Shown: positions 36,466-46,519, counted from the stretch's first letter. The stretch is 60,655 nucleotides of DNA from Myxococcota bacterium (GCA_036149055.1 JAYZQJ010000215.1:1-60655); one strand, 5' to 3'. Translations and numbers: made by a program. The notes: a model not told the origin generated them from the sequence alone.

Positions 36466-39400
36466 TCACTCGCCTTTTCGCAGGTTTCGCGCCTCGGAGA
36501 TCATCTCCTCCACCCGATCGAGCGAGTCGCCCGGATCGTCCGGGTCGAAGCGCCGCACGAGCTTCATGTCCGGGGTGAGCTTCCAGGGGCTCCGGGGCTG
36601 GGCCACCAGGCGCATCACCTTGGCGGGGTCGAGGGGGGTGTCCTCGCGGAGGTGGAAGGCGACCCGGCGCGGGCTCGCCTCGCAGCCGAGCACCCGCAGG
36701 TCACGGAGCGCCGGCTTCAGGCGCATGGCGCGGACGAGCTGCTCGGCCGCCTTGGGCGGCGGCCCGAAGCGGTCCTCCATCTCGGAGGCGAGGTCGACCA
36801 CCTCCTGCTCGTCCTCGGCGCTGGCGAGCCGCTTGTAGAAGCTCAGCCGGAGGCCGACGTCCTCGATGTAGTCGTCGGGGAGGTAGTGCTCGACGTCGAT
36901 GGTCATCTCGGTGTCGACCTCGTGCACCAGCGGCTCGCCGCGGAGCTCGGCCACCGCCTCCTGGAGCATGTGCAGGAAGAGATCGAAGCCGACGGCGGAG
37001 ACCGTGCCGCTCTGCTCGGCGCCGAGCACGTCGCCGGCCCCGCGGAGCTCCATGTCGAGCGAGGCCACGCTGAAGCCGGCGCCGAGGTGGCTGAAGCGCT
37101 CGAGCGCCTCGATGCGGGCCCGGGCCTCGTCGGTCATCTGCTGGGGCGGCGGCGTGATCAGGTAGCAGTACGCGCGCTCCTTGCTGCGCCCGACCCGACC
37201 GCGGAGCTGGTAGAGCTGCGCGAGGCCGAAGTTGTCGGCCCGGTCGATCAGGATGGTGTTCGCGCGCGGGATGTCGAGCCCGCTCTCGATGATCGCCGTC
37301 GAGCAGAGCACGTCGTACTGGCCGTCGACGAAGTCGGTCATCGTGCGCTCGAGGGTGGCCTCGGCGAGCTGGCCGTGCGCCACCACGAAGCGCGCCTGCG
37401 GCACGAGCTGCTGGAGCACGTTGGCCCGCTCGTAGAGTCCCTCGATGCGGTTGTAGACGAAGAACGCCTGGCCGCCGCGGCTGAGCTCCCGCTGGATGGC
37501 CTCCTTGATGAGGTGGTCGTCCCAGCGCGTCACCACGGTGCGCACCGCGCGGCGATCGACCGGCGCGGTGGTGATGAGCGAGAGATCCCGCAGGCCGCCG
37601 ACCGCGAGCTGCAGCGTCCGCGGGATCGGCGTCGCGGTCAGTGTCAAGACATCGACCTCGCTTCGGAGCTTCTTGATGCGCTCCTTGTGCGCGACGCCGA
37701 AGCGCTGCTCCTCGTCGACCACGAGCATGCCGAGGTTGGCGAAGTGCACGTCCTTGCTGAGCAGCCGGTGGGTGCCGACCAGGATGTCGACCTTGCCCTC
37801 CTTGGTCGCCGTCAGCACCCGCGTCTGCGCCGCCTTGTCGACGAAGCGCGACAGCGTCTCGATGCGGAGCGGGTAGTCCCGCAGGCGCTCGGCGAAGGTG
37901 TTGAAGTGCTGCTGCGCCAGGACCGTCGTCGGGCAGAGCACCGCGACCTGCCGGCCGGTCATCGCCACCCGGAACGCTGCGCGGATGGCGACCTCGGTCT
38001 TGCCGAAGCCGACGTCGCCGCAGACGATCCGGTCCATCGGCCGCGGCTCCTCGAGATCCGCCAGCACGTCCTCGATCGCCTTCTGCTGGTCGGCGGTCTC
38101 CTCGAAGGGGAAGGTCGCCTCGAACTCGGCGTAGGCGCGCTCGGCGGCCGGGAGGGGAGGGCGCTGGTGGGCGAGGCGCTCGGCGTAGAGGCGGAGCAGC
38201 TCCTCCGCCATCTGCTTGACCTTGCGCTGGACCTTCGCCTTGGTCTTCGCGAACGTCTGGCCGCCGAGCCGGTCGATCTTCGGCTTGTGGCCGTCGCCGC
38301 CCGAGTACTTCTGCAGCTGGTGCAGCCGCGTGACCGGCAGGAAGAGCTTGTCGCCCTTGGCGTACTCGACGACCAGCACCTCGACGCTGCTCACGCCGAC
38401 GCCGCGGAGCTCCTCGTCCTTCGAGACGCCGATCGTCTTGCGCTCGAGCCCGAGGTACTTGCCGACGCCGTGCTCGGAGTGGACGACGTAGTCACCCACC
38501 TTCAGCTGGCGCAGATCCTCGAGGAACGCCTTGCCGGTCGTCTTGCCGAGGCCCTTCTGACGCGGGCGCTTCCGCTTGCGGTGGGCCCGGGTGCCGAAGA
38601 CCTCCTCCTCGGTCACCAGCGCCAGCGCCTCGGTCGCGACCACGAAGCCGGCGGAGAGGTTGCCCACCGTGATCTGCGCAGCCCCGGGCGGTCGACCCGC
38701 GAGCGCGGCGGGGGTGAAGGGCTCGGCGTCGCCCTTGGCCAGGGGCACGCCGTAGTTCTTCAGGATGGAGGCGAGGCGACCGGCCTGGGTGCTGGTGCGG
38801 GCGGTGAACACCACGCGCAGCCCCTGCTCGAGCCAGCGCTGCGTCTTGCGGGCGAGGGGGACGAGGGCGTCCTCCTTGCCGTGGGCGGCGCGGCGGGCCT
38901 TGAGCTCGGCGATCAGCGGCTGCTGATCCTCCGACGCGAGCCGGAGCACGTCGTCCGGCGCGGCGCTCTCGAGCACGGAGAGCGCGCCCTCGTCGTCGGT
39001 GGAGCCGCTGACCAGCAGGCGGTGCACGAGCCCGAGCCGCTTGGAGAGCAGCGCGTCGGCCACGCCGTCGTCGTCGAGGTAGTGGGCCTCGAACCCGAAG
39101 GTCGGCTTTTCGTCGGCGCGGCGCGCGTCGAGATCACGCTCGGCTCGCTCGAGCGCGTCGGTCGCGGCCCGCACCGCCGCGGTGGGATCCAGCACCACGA
39201 CGAGCACGTCGTCCGGCAGGTAGTCGAAGAGCGTCTCGAGGCGCGGGTAGAACGCGGGGAGGAAGCCCTCGAGCCCGAGGTAGAGGCGGCCGCTCTCCAG
39301 GTCGTCGAGGATCTGCTTCGTCGTCCGCGTCGGCATGTCGATCGCGTCGCAGAGCTCGCGCACCCGCATGCGGGCCAGGGCCACCTCGTCCGGCCCGTAG

Positions 39401-40134
39401 AGCGCGTCCTTCACCGGGTGCACGCGCAGCTCGCCGAGCTTCTCCAGCGTGCGCTGATCGTCGGGATCGAAGCGCTTGATCGACAGCACGAGCCAGTCGT
39501 CGAGCTCGATGCGGGCTGGCTGAGCCGCGTGCGGCGGGTAGACGTCGATCAGCGCGCCGCGGATCGCGAAGGTGCCGGGATCCTCGACGACCGGCACGCG
39601 CATGTAGCCGCCCTCGACCAGCACGTCGACGAGCGCGTCGCGGTCCAGCTCCTCCTCCGCGCGCACCACCATCGAGCGCTTCAGGATCGCCTCCTTGGGC
39701 GGGACCCGACGCGGCAGCGCGGCGAGCGGCGCCACGCAGAAGCGCCAGGGGAGGTCCTGGGCGAGGTGGAAGAGCGTGGCCAGCCGCTCCATCGAGGCGC
39801 GGCGATCCGGCGCCACCTCGAGGAAGGGGCTGGCCTCGTGCGCGGGGTAGCAGAGGACGTCGTCGGTCGAGTCGCCGTCCGAGTCGGCCATGCCCGCGAA
39901 GAGCTCGAGGTCGGTGACCGCCCGGCGCGCGGCGTCGGTGTCCGGGGTCAGGACGAGCACCCGGTCGTTCGAGCGCGCGGCGTGGCGGGCGAGCAGGAGC
40001 GCGGCGGCGCTCGGCGGCAGGCCGGTCAGATCGACGCGCCGCTCGGTGCGCAGCGCGTCGAGCGCGTCGTCCAGGCGCGCGGTGGCGCGTTCGAGCGCGC
40101 CCTCCAGGGCGCTGGCGGTCGGGGCGTCGCTCAA
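36466..40134 (-). CDS. mfd: Transcription-repair coupling factor
   Basis: GDYVVHSEHGVG, FPFEETADQ, CGDVGFGKT, DEEQRFGV, TATPIPRT, QLRGRVGR, TRCF C-terminus. Confidence 0.98.
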   Translation of the reverse strand: MSDAPTASALEGALERATARLDDALDALRTERRVDLTGLPPSAAALLLARHAARSNDRVLVLTPDTDAARRAVTDLELFAGMADSDGDSTDDVLCYPAHEASPFLEVAPDRRASMERLATLFHLAQDLPWRFCVAPLAALPRRVPPKEAILKRSMVVRAEEELDRDALVDVLVEGGYMRVPVVEDPGTFAIRGALIDVYPPHAAQPARIELDDWLVLSIKRFDPDDQRTLEKLGELRVHPVKDALYGPDEVALARMRVRELCDAIDMPTRTTKQILDDLESGRLYLGLEGFLPAFYPRLETLFDYLPDDVLVVVLDPTAAVRAATDALERAERDLDARRADEKPTFGFEAHYLDDDGVADALLSKRLGLVHRLLVSGSTDDEGALSVLESAAPDDVLRLASEDQQPLIAELKARRAAHGKEDALVPLARKTQRWLEQGLRVVFTARTSTQAGRLASILKNYGVPLAKGDAEPFTPAALAGRPPGAAQITVGNLSAGFVVATEALALVTEEEVFGTRAHRKRKRPRQKGLGKTTGKAFLEDLRQLKVGDYVVHSEHGVGKYLGLERKTIGVSKDEELRGVGVSSVEVLVVEYAKGDKLFLPVTRLHQLQKYSGGDGHKPKIDRLGGQTFAKTKAKVQRKVKQMAEELLRLYAERLAHQRPPLPAAERAYAEFEATFPFEETADQQKAIEDVLADLEEPRPMDRIVCGDVGFGKTEVAIRAAFRVAMTGRQVAVLCPTTVLAQQHFNTFAERLRDYPLRIETLSRFVDKAAQTRVLTATKEGKVDILVGTHRLLSKDVHFANLGMLVVDEEQRFGVAHKERIKKLRSEVDVLTLTATPIPRTLQLAVGGLRDLSLITTAPVDRRAVRTVVTRWDDHLIKEAIQRELSRGGQAFFVYNRIEGLYERANVLQQLVPQARFVVAHGQLAEATLERTMTDFVDGQYDVLCSTAIIESGLDIPRANTILIDRADNFGLAQLYQLRGRVGRSKERAYCYLITPPPQQMTDEARARIEALERFSHLGAGFSVASLDMELRGAGDVLGAEQSGTVSAVGFDLFLHMLQEAVAELRGEPLVHEVDTEMTIDVEHYLPDDYIEDVGLRLSFYKRLASAEDEQEVVDLASEMEDRFGPPPKAAEQLVRAMRLKPALRDLRVLGCEASPRRVAFHLREDTPLDPAKVMRLVAQPRSPWKLTPDMKLVRRFDPDDPGDSLDRVEEMISEARNLRKGE

Positions 40135-40187
40135 GGCCCCGGCGGTTTAGTTCCGCGCCGCGGCCGCCGCAATTACCCTCGGGCGCG

Positions 40188-40802
40188 GTGCCGATCCTCA
40201 CCATCCTGCGGCCGCTCCCCGGCGCGTCGCGCGAGGCCCTCTCCGCCGCGCTCCGGCGCCGGGCTCCCGCCGCCGCGCGCCCCCTGCCTCGCCCCGCGCT
40301 CCGGCTCCTGCCGCTCGCTCGCCGCGCGGCCGCGCTGGCGCTGGGCGACGTCGCGGCGCCGGAGCTCGTCGCGCATCGCTACCGCGTCGACACCGCGATC
40401 CCGAAGGACGGCCCCTTCGGCCCGTTCGGCCTCCTGACCTTGATCCGCCGCCGCCCCGGGATGGACGACGCCACCTTCACTCGGCGGTGGTTCGAGGGAC
40501 ACAGCCCGCTCGCCATGGCCGTGCACCCCATGGTCCGCTACGAGCGCCACGTCGTGCGCGAGCCCCTGTCCGGCGCGCCGCCGCTCGACGGAGTCGTGCT
40601 CGAGCACTTCCGCGAGCTCCGGGACGTCACCGACCCGCGCCGCTTCTTCGGAGGCCGCGGCCGCCCGCTCGCCGACGCGCTCCACGTGGCGCTCGACGCG
40701 GCCGGCTTCCTCGACCTCCGTGCGATCGAGAACCATCTGGTGGCGATCCCCGGATCAGCGTGGGGGCTCGAACGCGATCCGGACCACGCGCTCTCGCCGT
40801 AG
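40188..40802 (+). CDS. EthD-like dimeric alpha/beta-barrel protein
   Basis: RRRPGMDDATFTRRWFEGHSPLA...YERHVV...DGVVLEHF. Confidence 0.7.
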   Translation: MPILTILRPLPGASREALSAALRRRAPAAARPLPRPALRLLPLARRAAALALGDVAAPELVAHRYRVDTAIPKDGPFGPFGLLTLIRRRPGMDDATFTRRWFEGHSPLAMAVHPMVRYERHVVREPLSGAPPLDGVVLEHFRELRDVTDPRRFFGGRGRPLADALHVALDAAGFLDLRAIENHLVAIPGSAWGLERDPDHALSP

Positions 40803-41132
40803 CGTGTCGATCACGGCGACCACCTGCCCGTGCGTCGCGTCGACCGCGCCCGCGATCACCGCCTGCGCGCCGCCGGACGCTCGGAACCCCCGGATCCGAG
40901 CCTTCAGCTCCACCCGCGACAGCGCGGCGCCGTCGACGGTCACCCCGCTCGGAGCGGCCACGATCCGGAGGGCCGCCCCGGCGGCGGCTGGCGTCGCGGC
41001 CTCGCCCGGCGTCTCCATCGGGATCGCCTCCGCGGTCACGTAGGCGGCGGTCACCATCATGATCACCAGCAGGACGAGAACGATGTCGACCAGCGGGGTC
41101 ACGTTGATGCCGACGATCAGCTCATCGTCCAT
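40755..41132 (-). CDS. ExbD/TolR family protein
   Basis: GINVTPLVDIVLVLLVIMMVTA, HGQVVAVIDTLR. Confidence 0.88.
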   Translation of the reverse strand: MDDELIVGINVTPLVDIVLVLLVIMMVTAAYVTAEAIPMETPGEAATPAAAGAALRIVAAPSGVTVDGAALSRVELKARIRGFRASGGAQAVIAGAVDATHGQVVAVIDTLRRERVVRIAFEPPR

Positions 41133-41340
41133 GGCGCGCCCAACCCGGGCCGGGGCGGGGATATTCTCCCACCGCCTCGGAACCCCCTCGCGCCCGGCGG
41201 CCGCCACCCGTCGGCCCGCCACCCCCGCCGATCGGGCGTCGTAAGCCCGCGAGATCACATGGGCGGTGATCCGGATCGGGACTTGCTTCGTCCGCCGGCG
41301 TGCCCGCCGGGGAGGAGAGGGAGCGGTGACCGCGCCGAGC

Positions 41341-42558
41341 ATGCAGGCGCGGGGGACGTACGCGCTGACCACGCGGTGCGTGTTCCGGAAGCTGCTCCTC
41401 ACGCCGCGCACGCCGATGCTGCATCAGGGGCTCACGTACGCGCTGGCCCGGGCGGCGCGGAAGACCGGGGTGGTCGTCAACCACGTCTCGATCATCCCGA
41501 ACCACGTGCATCAGGTCGTCACCTCGACCCGGCGGAACCTGCCGGTGTTCAAGCGCCTGTTCGTCGGCGAGGCGTCGAAGCTCGTGAAGGCGTACCTGCG
41601 GGAGCACGGGTTCGAGGAGCCGGAGAACGTCTTCACGCGGACTCATCAGATGCGGCTCGTCAACGCCGCCGCGCAGCTCGTCTATCTGCACTACGAGGAC
41701 ATCCAGCCGGTGAAGGACGGCCTCGTCGAGCGCGTCGCGGACTATCCGGGCTTTCACACCGACCCCGGGATGCTGATGGGGCACGACCTCGTGGTCGCGC
41801 GGCCGCCGCTGCACTTCGACCCCCACACCAACCCCGAGGAGGAGCGGCTGCGGATCGGCACCACGCCGCTGCTGGCGGGAGAGATCGGCACCCGGCGGGT
41901 CGTCGAGCACCTCGAGCGGGCGCGGCGGGAGGCGGAGCGCGCGATGGGGAGAGAGCGGCGCTACCCGGTGCTCGGCGCCGAGCGCTTGAAGAGACAGCAC
42001 CCGTGGGCCGAGCCCGCGTCCCGGCGGAAGCGGCGGCGGGGCGTGGCCCCGAGCTTCCGCGTCGTCGACGACCACGCGCTCACGATCCACTGCAAGAAGG
42101 AGGTGCGGAGCTTCCGGGCGCGGCATCGGGAGGCGCTCGAGAAGCTGCGGGCGGGCGAGCGCGACGTCGTCTTCCCGGCGGGCTCGTACCTGATGAGGGT
42201 CTGCTACGGCGCCGAGGTCGAGGAGCCGGACCACGACTCGGTCCTCGCGCGCGACGAGCGGTACGAAGAGCTCCCCGGGCGGGTCTCGAAGGACGAGCTG
42301 CGCGCGATCAGCGAGACCCTGCGGAGCATCTCGGGGAGCGTCGACCCGAACGCGGAGCCCCTCGCGGAGCGCATCCGGGAGGGGCAGGCCGCGTCCGTGG
42401 GCCAGCGCGAGGCGCGGAAGGTCGAAGTGGACGCTGACGAAGAGCGGCCGCCGTCGAAGCTCGTGCCCCTGCGCGGGCGCGGTCCCGAGGACACGAGCGC
42501 GGCCCCGCGCGACGCCCGCGAGCCGGACCGGCCCCCGGACGAACCCACCGACAGCTAG
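41341..42558 (+). mobile_element. HUH (Y1) transposase, RAYT/IS200-like (start may be GTG 41326)
   Basis: YALTTRC, IPNHVH (HUH), LHYEDIQPVKDGLVERVADYPG (cf. Y..NPV..GLV) and VFPAGSY. Confidence 0.8.
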
Positions 42559-42806
42559 ACCTCGCGCGGCTCGATCACGGCTCGGGCCGCGCGTTCGTGC
42601 GTCCGGTGGCTGGATCCTTCGCCGCAGCCCGCGCCGCGGCGGCGCCGAGGGAGATCTCGGCGGGCTCGAGCGGTCACCGCGGGGCCGTTCCAGGCGGCGG
42701 CGCGCGCGTCGGGTCGCCAGCGCGCGCGTCGGGCCGCCAGCACCCGGGGGCTCAGGCCAGCGAGCCGCGCTCGGGCCCAGAGCACCCGGGGTACGGGAGC
42801 AGCGCC

Positions 42807-43490
42807 TCAGAATTCCAGCGGCGGCTTCGGGCTCGGCCGCCACTCCAATCGGCTGGGGGCGTACACGCTCGTCAGCGCCGCGAGAATGTCGTGATCGGTC
42901 GGCGGGCGCAGCTCCAGGGTGGCCGTCAGCCACGTCGCCAGACCGTACGCGACCTCTGCCGAGTAGCCCGAGAGCAGCGCCAGGCGGGAGCCCGACGCCG
43001 AAACGAACGCGAGCCCCTGCATCTCGCCGCCACCTCCTTCTCCGGCCGTGGAGAGCTCGCCGAGGCGCAGCAGGGTCTCGGTGCCGTCCAGGCGAACCGT
43101 GCACGTCCGAAAGGACCTGCGGATGACGATCGCGTCCGGCGTGACGTCGACCCGGACACCCGCGCCGGCGACCTCGAGCAGCGCGACGATCGCGGCGAAA
43201 CCGCAGGCCACCGCGGCGAAGAGGAAGACGTGAGATCCCAGGGCGACCGCGGCACCGATCGCTGCGAGGGCCGGCGCGGCGAAGAGGGCCTGCATGATCC
43301 TGGTGAAGCGTGGGGCGGGCAGGCGTTGGGCCGCGCGCACTTCAGCTCCGCGCGGTTCGTCTCCTCCGGGCGCGTACACCCGCCGCTCGCGCGCGTGCCT
43401 GCGACACGCCGAGGCGGCCAGCGCTTCGCCCGGCGGCAAAGGGAGCGATCGCCCGCACGTACCGTCGGGCCAGGAGAAGACCGGAGCCAT
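42807..43490 (-). CDS. Hypothetical membrane protein (start uncertain)
   Basis: Two adjacent TM segments followed by a beta-rich region; codon usage somewhat atypical. Confidence 0.45.
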   Translation of the reverse strand: MAPVFSWPDGTCGRSLPLPPGEALAASACRRHARERRVYAPGGDEPRGAEVRAAQRLPAPRFTRIMQALFAAPALAAIGAAVALGSHVFLFAAVACGFAAIVALLEVAGAGVRVDVTPDAIVIRRSFRTCTVRLDGTETLLRLGELSTAGEGGGGEMQGLAFVSASGSRLALLSGYSAEVAYGLATWLTATLELRPPTDHDILAALTSVYAPSRLEWRPSPKPPLEF

Positions 43491-43542
43491 GGAAGGATGG
43501 TTGCACGATGTCGGCGGCCGGGCGGTGGTACTCTCCAGAGCC

Positions 43543-43947
43543 ATGACGATTCGAATCCTCCTCTCGCTCTCGCTGCTCGCTCTCCTCGCGCCCGGCTGCG
43601 GCGGCGCCTCGGTGGATCGCGAGTCGACGTTCACCGGCCTTCGCGCCGCGATGACCCGCGAGCTACCCCCGGGGGACGCGGACACGCTCGAGCAGCACAA
43701 TCAGCTGGTGGAGAACGCCCGGGACGGGAACGTGTTCGACGGGCTGCGGCGCAGCGAGGTGCAGGAGAAGCTCGGCCGCGGCCAGGAGTGCGGGCAGCGC
43801 GAGCTCTGCACCCGCAACGGCTTCCGGCCGGACGACTGGGTCTACGAGATCGGCCAGCGCGAAGGGGTGCCCTGGGGCCCGACCCTCATCGTCGGCTTCG
43901 ATCGTCAGGGCATCGTCGACAACGTCTACACGCTCACTCGGCGCTGA
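43543..43947 (+). CDS. Small lipoprotein, SmpA/BamE-like
   Basis: LAPGC lipobox, GLRRSEVQEKLG, DWVY, LIVGFDRQGIV. Confidence 0.7.
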   Translation: MTIRILLSLSLLALLAPGCGGASVDRESTFTGLRAAMTRELPPGDADTLEQHNQLVENARDGNVFDGLRRSEVQEKLGRGQECGQRELCTRNGFRPDDWVYEIGQREGVPWGPTLIVGFDRQGIVDNVYTLTRR

Positions 43948-45067
43948 AGATGCGGCATATTGCCGCGGCTTCCACGCGCGTGAGCGCGTGAGATGGGGTG
44001 GGAGCCCGAGCCGGCTTTGCCGGTCGGGCGGGAGGGGGCGCATGCCCCCTCCGGAAACTGAGCCGCTCGGCCGACGCGAAGGCGAGCAGCTCGGGCTCTC
44101 CCTCCCGCAACACGCGGAAGTCGGGCGCGGCGTCGCCGAGCGCGGCGAGGGCCTTCTCCAGGTCCTCCACCGGCTCGCGCATTCCGTCGTCGGCGAGCTG
44201 GAAGGTGCCGAAGTGGGTGGCGACGCTGACTCTCGCCTCGAGGATCTGCGCCGCCTCGACCGCCTGGGCCGGGTTGACGTGCACGCGGCTCATGAACCAC
44301 TCGGGGCGGTAGGCGCCGATCGGGAGCAGCGCGAGGTCGGGGGCGCCGAGCCGCGCTCGGGTCTCGGCGAAGTGCGGGCCCATGCCGGTGTCGCCGGCGA
44401 AGTAGACCGACGTCCCGTCGGCCTCGAGCCAGAGCGCGCCCCACAGCGTGCGGTCGCGATCGCCGACGCCGCGGCCGCTGAAGTGCTGGGCCGGCGCGAA
44501 GACCACGCGCGCGCCCTTCACCTCGGTCTCGTCCCACCAGTCGAGCTCGCGCGCGTCGTCGATCCCGAAGCGTCGCAGGAGCGCGCCGTTGCCGAGGCCC
44601 GTGACGTACACCGGGGCGTGGGCGGCGAGGCGGCGCGTGGTCTCCTCGCAGAGGTGATCGAAGTGGTCGTGGCTCAGGAGCACGAGGTCGATCGGCGGCA
44701 GGTCCTCGAAGCGCAGCCCCGGCGGCCGGTAGCGCCGCGGCCCCGCGAAGCCGACCGGGCTGGTCCGCTCGGCCCACACCGGATCGGTGAGCACGTTCAG
44801 GCCGCCGAGCTGGACCAGGAAGGTGGCGTGGTTGACGAAGGTCACCCGCACGCCTTCGCGCACGCGCTCGGGCGGCTTCGGGCCGGGCGGCGGGTCGATC
44901 CGCTCCCACGGGCCCATGTCGCGGTTCGCGACCCACTTCAGCACCCCGCCCAGGCTCTCGTGCTCGGCGTCGGCCTGGTTGCGGAAGCGGGTGCCGTCGA
45001 AGTGGTCGGTCCGCGGGCCGACCCAGCGTCCGGTCGCGAACGGGCGGAAGAAGACCTCACTCCCCAT
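43934..45067 (-). CDS. MBL-fold metallo-hydrolase (NAPE-PLD/RomA-like)
   Basis: DHFDGTRFRN, NHATFL, LTDPVW, SHDHFDH, PAQHFSGR, FAGDTG, LPIGAY, HFGTF. Confidence 0.92.
   Translation of the reverse strand: MGSEVFFRPFATGRWVGPRTDHFDGTRFRNQADAEHESLGGVLKWVANRDMGPWERIDPPPGPKPPERVREGVRVTFVNHATFLVQLGGLNVLTDPVWAERTSPVGFAGPRRYRPPGLRFEDLPPIDLVLLSHDHFDHLCEETTRRLAAHAPVYVTGLGNGALLRRFGIDDARELDWWDETEVKGARVVFAPAQHFSGRGVGDRDRTLWGALWLEADGTSVYFAGDTGMGPHFAETRARLGAPDLALLPIGAYRPEWFMSRVHVNPAQAVEAAQILEARVSVATHFGTFQLADDGMREPVEDLEKALAALGDAAPDFRVLREGEPELLAFASAERLSFRRGHAPPPARPAKPARAPTPSHALTRVEAAAICRIFSAE
43945..44065 (+). repeat. Multi-hairpin MITE/REP-like element, family B, copy 2
   Basis: Near-identical to 9711-9833; CTGA occurs at both ends (43944 and 44058). 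Confidence 0.92.
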
Positions 45068-45698
45068 GCGTGCCTTCCTGGGGCCGACCGACCAGATACG
45101 AAAGGACCAGATCGGTGACATGCGCGATCAGCGCGTCCCGCGGCAGGGGAGGGCGGGCCACGATTCCGGCGTGGGTCGCGGCGTCGACGGTGTGCACGGC
45201 GAGGAAGGCGACGGTGTCGAGGTCGTCGTGGATCAGCCGCTCGCGCCAGCGCTCGAGGTAGGCGCGGGTGGCGTCGACCGTCTGCGCGAGCTGCTGCTCG
45301 TAGCGCTGCATGCGCCCGACCCGCGGGATCTGGTCGCGCAGCACCCGGGCGAGCCGCGGGTCCTGCGTCTTGAAGTCGATCATCGCCTCCACCAGGGCCG
45401 GCGCGACCACCTCCGGCGGCTCGTCGGCGAGCGCGGTGAGGCGGCCGAAGACCAGGTCCATGATGTCGCGCGAGTAGCGGTCGACCAGCTCGCCGACCAG
45501 CGCCTCCTTGTTCGGGAAGTACTGGTAGACGCTGCCCACGCTGACCCCCGCGCGCTCGGCGACCCGGTTGGTGCTGGTCTTGTCGTAGCCCTCGGCCACC
45601 AGAACCTGAGCGGTCGCCTCCAGGATCGCGTCGACCGTGGCCTTGCTGCGCGCCTGGCGCGGCCGTTTTCGTGGGGTCGTGCGGACTCTGCGGGGCAC
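45057..45698 (-). CDS. TetR/AcrR transcriptional regulator
   Basis: PRQARSKATVDAILEA, TNRVAERAGVSVGSVYQYFPNKEAL. Confidence 0.95.
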   Translation of the reverse strand: MPRRVRTTPRKRPRQARSKATVDAILEATAQVLVAEGYDKTSTNRVAERAGVSVGSVYQYFPNKEALVGELVDRYSRDIMDLVFGRLTALADEPPEVVAPALVEAMIDFKTQDPRLARVLRDQIPRVGRMQRYEQQLAQTVDATRAYLERWRERLIHDDLDTVAFLAVHTVDAATHAGIVARPPLPRDALIAHVTDLVLSYLVGRPQEGTHGE

Positions 45699-45729
45699 CT
45701 GGACCTCCCGGCTCGAACGCGAGTAGCGA

Positions 45730-45749
45730 ATGTGAGCTTGGGCTCACAT
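45730..45749. promoter_or_regulatory. Palindromic operator, probably for the adjacent TetR
   Basis: ATGTGAGC-TTGG-GCTCACAT between the divergent tetR and coq4-like genes. Confidence 0.7.
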
Positions 45750-45796
45750 CTTGGTGAGTGGGCCGGCGAGTCGCAAGCCGGGGAAGGAGACGGACC

Positions 45797-46495
45797 GTGA
45801 TCACACCGTGGAAGGCATTCGAGGCGCTGCGCGCGGTGGTGCGCATCACCCTCGATCCGACGAACCTGGACGAGGTCTTCGTCCTCGCCGATCTCTCGGA
45901 GGAGTCGCCGCAGCTCGAGAAGATCCTCGAGGAGGTGAAGGCCGACCCGCGCTTCGCCGCGGTGATGCGCGAGCGGCCGCGCCTCGGCCACGTGGACCAG
46001 GAGGCGCTCGGCGAGCTCCCCGACGGCACGCTCGGCGAGCGCTACGCCGCCTTCATGCGGGTCCGAGGCCTGCGCCACGAGAACCTGCAGCTGGTCGAGG
46101 GCGAGAGCGACCTGAGCTTCCTGCGCAACCACATGCGCGAGACCCACGATCTCTGGCACGTGGCCACCGGCTTCCACACCGACGTGGCCGGCGAGCTGGG
46201 CCTTCAGGCCTTCTACCTCGCCCAGTTCAAGGGGCCGCTGCCGGTCGTGCTGCTCGCGGTCGGCATGATCAACACCTACTTCCGCGGTATGGACGACGCG
46301 GACCGTCGCCTCGCGGCCATCGTGCGCGGCTGGCTCCTCGGCAAGCGCGCCGACGACCTCTTCGGCCTGCGCTGGGCCGATCATTGGGAGACGCCGCTCG
46401 CCGAGCTGCGCGAGCGCCTCGGGCTCGACCTCGACGCGGTCGACGCCATCGTGCGCGAGGCGGACCCCGAGGTCGCGCTCGCCGTCGCTGCCTGA
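45797..46495 (+). CDS. Coq4 family protein
   Basis: LPDGTLG..YA.FM, RETHDLWHVATGF.TD..GELGLQAF; AAGGAG RBS. Confidence 0.88.
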   Translation: MITPWKAFEALRAVVRITLDPTNLDEVFVLADLSEESPQLEKILEEVKADPRFAAVMRERPRLGHVDQEALGELPDGTLGERYAAFMRVRGLRHENLQLVEGESDLSFLRNHMRETHDLWHVATGFHTDVAGELGLQAFYLAQFKGPLPVVLLAVGMINTYFRGMDDADRRLAAIVRGWLLGKRADDLFGLRWADHWETPLAELRERLGLDLDAVDAIVREADPEVALAVAA

Positions 46496-46519
46496 GAAAA
46501 GGCGCTATCCTGCGCGGCG

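Noticed and set aside
42701..42795. 20-bp duplication and repeated AGCACCCGGGG downstream of the HUH transposase as its REP ends
   Set aside because: I found no matching counterpart upstream, and such short GC-rich matches are weak evidence.
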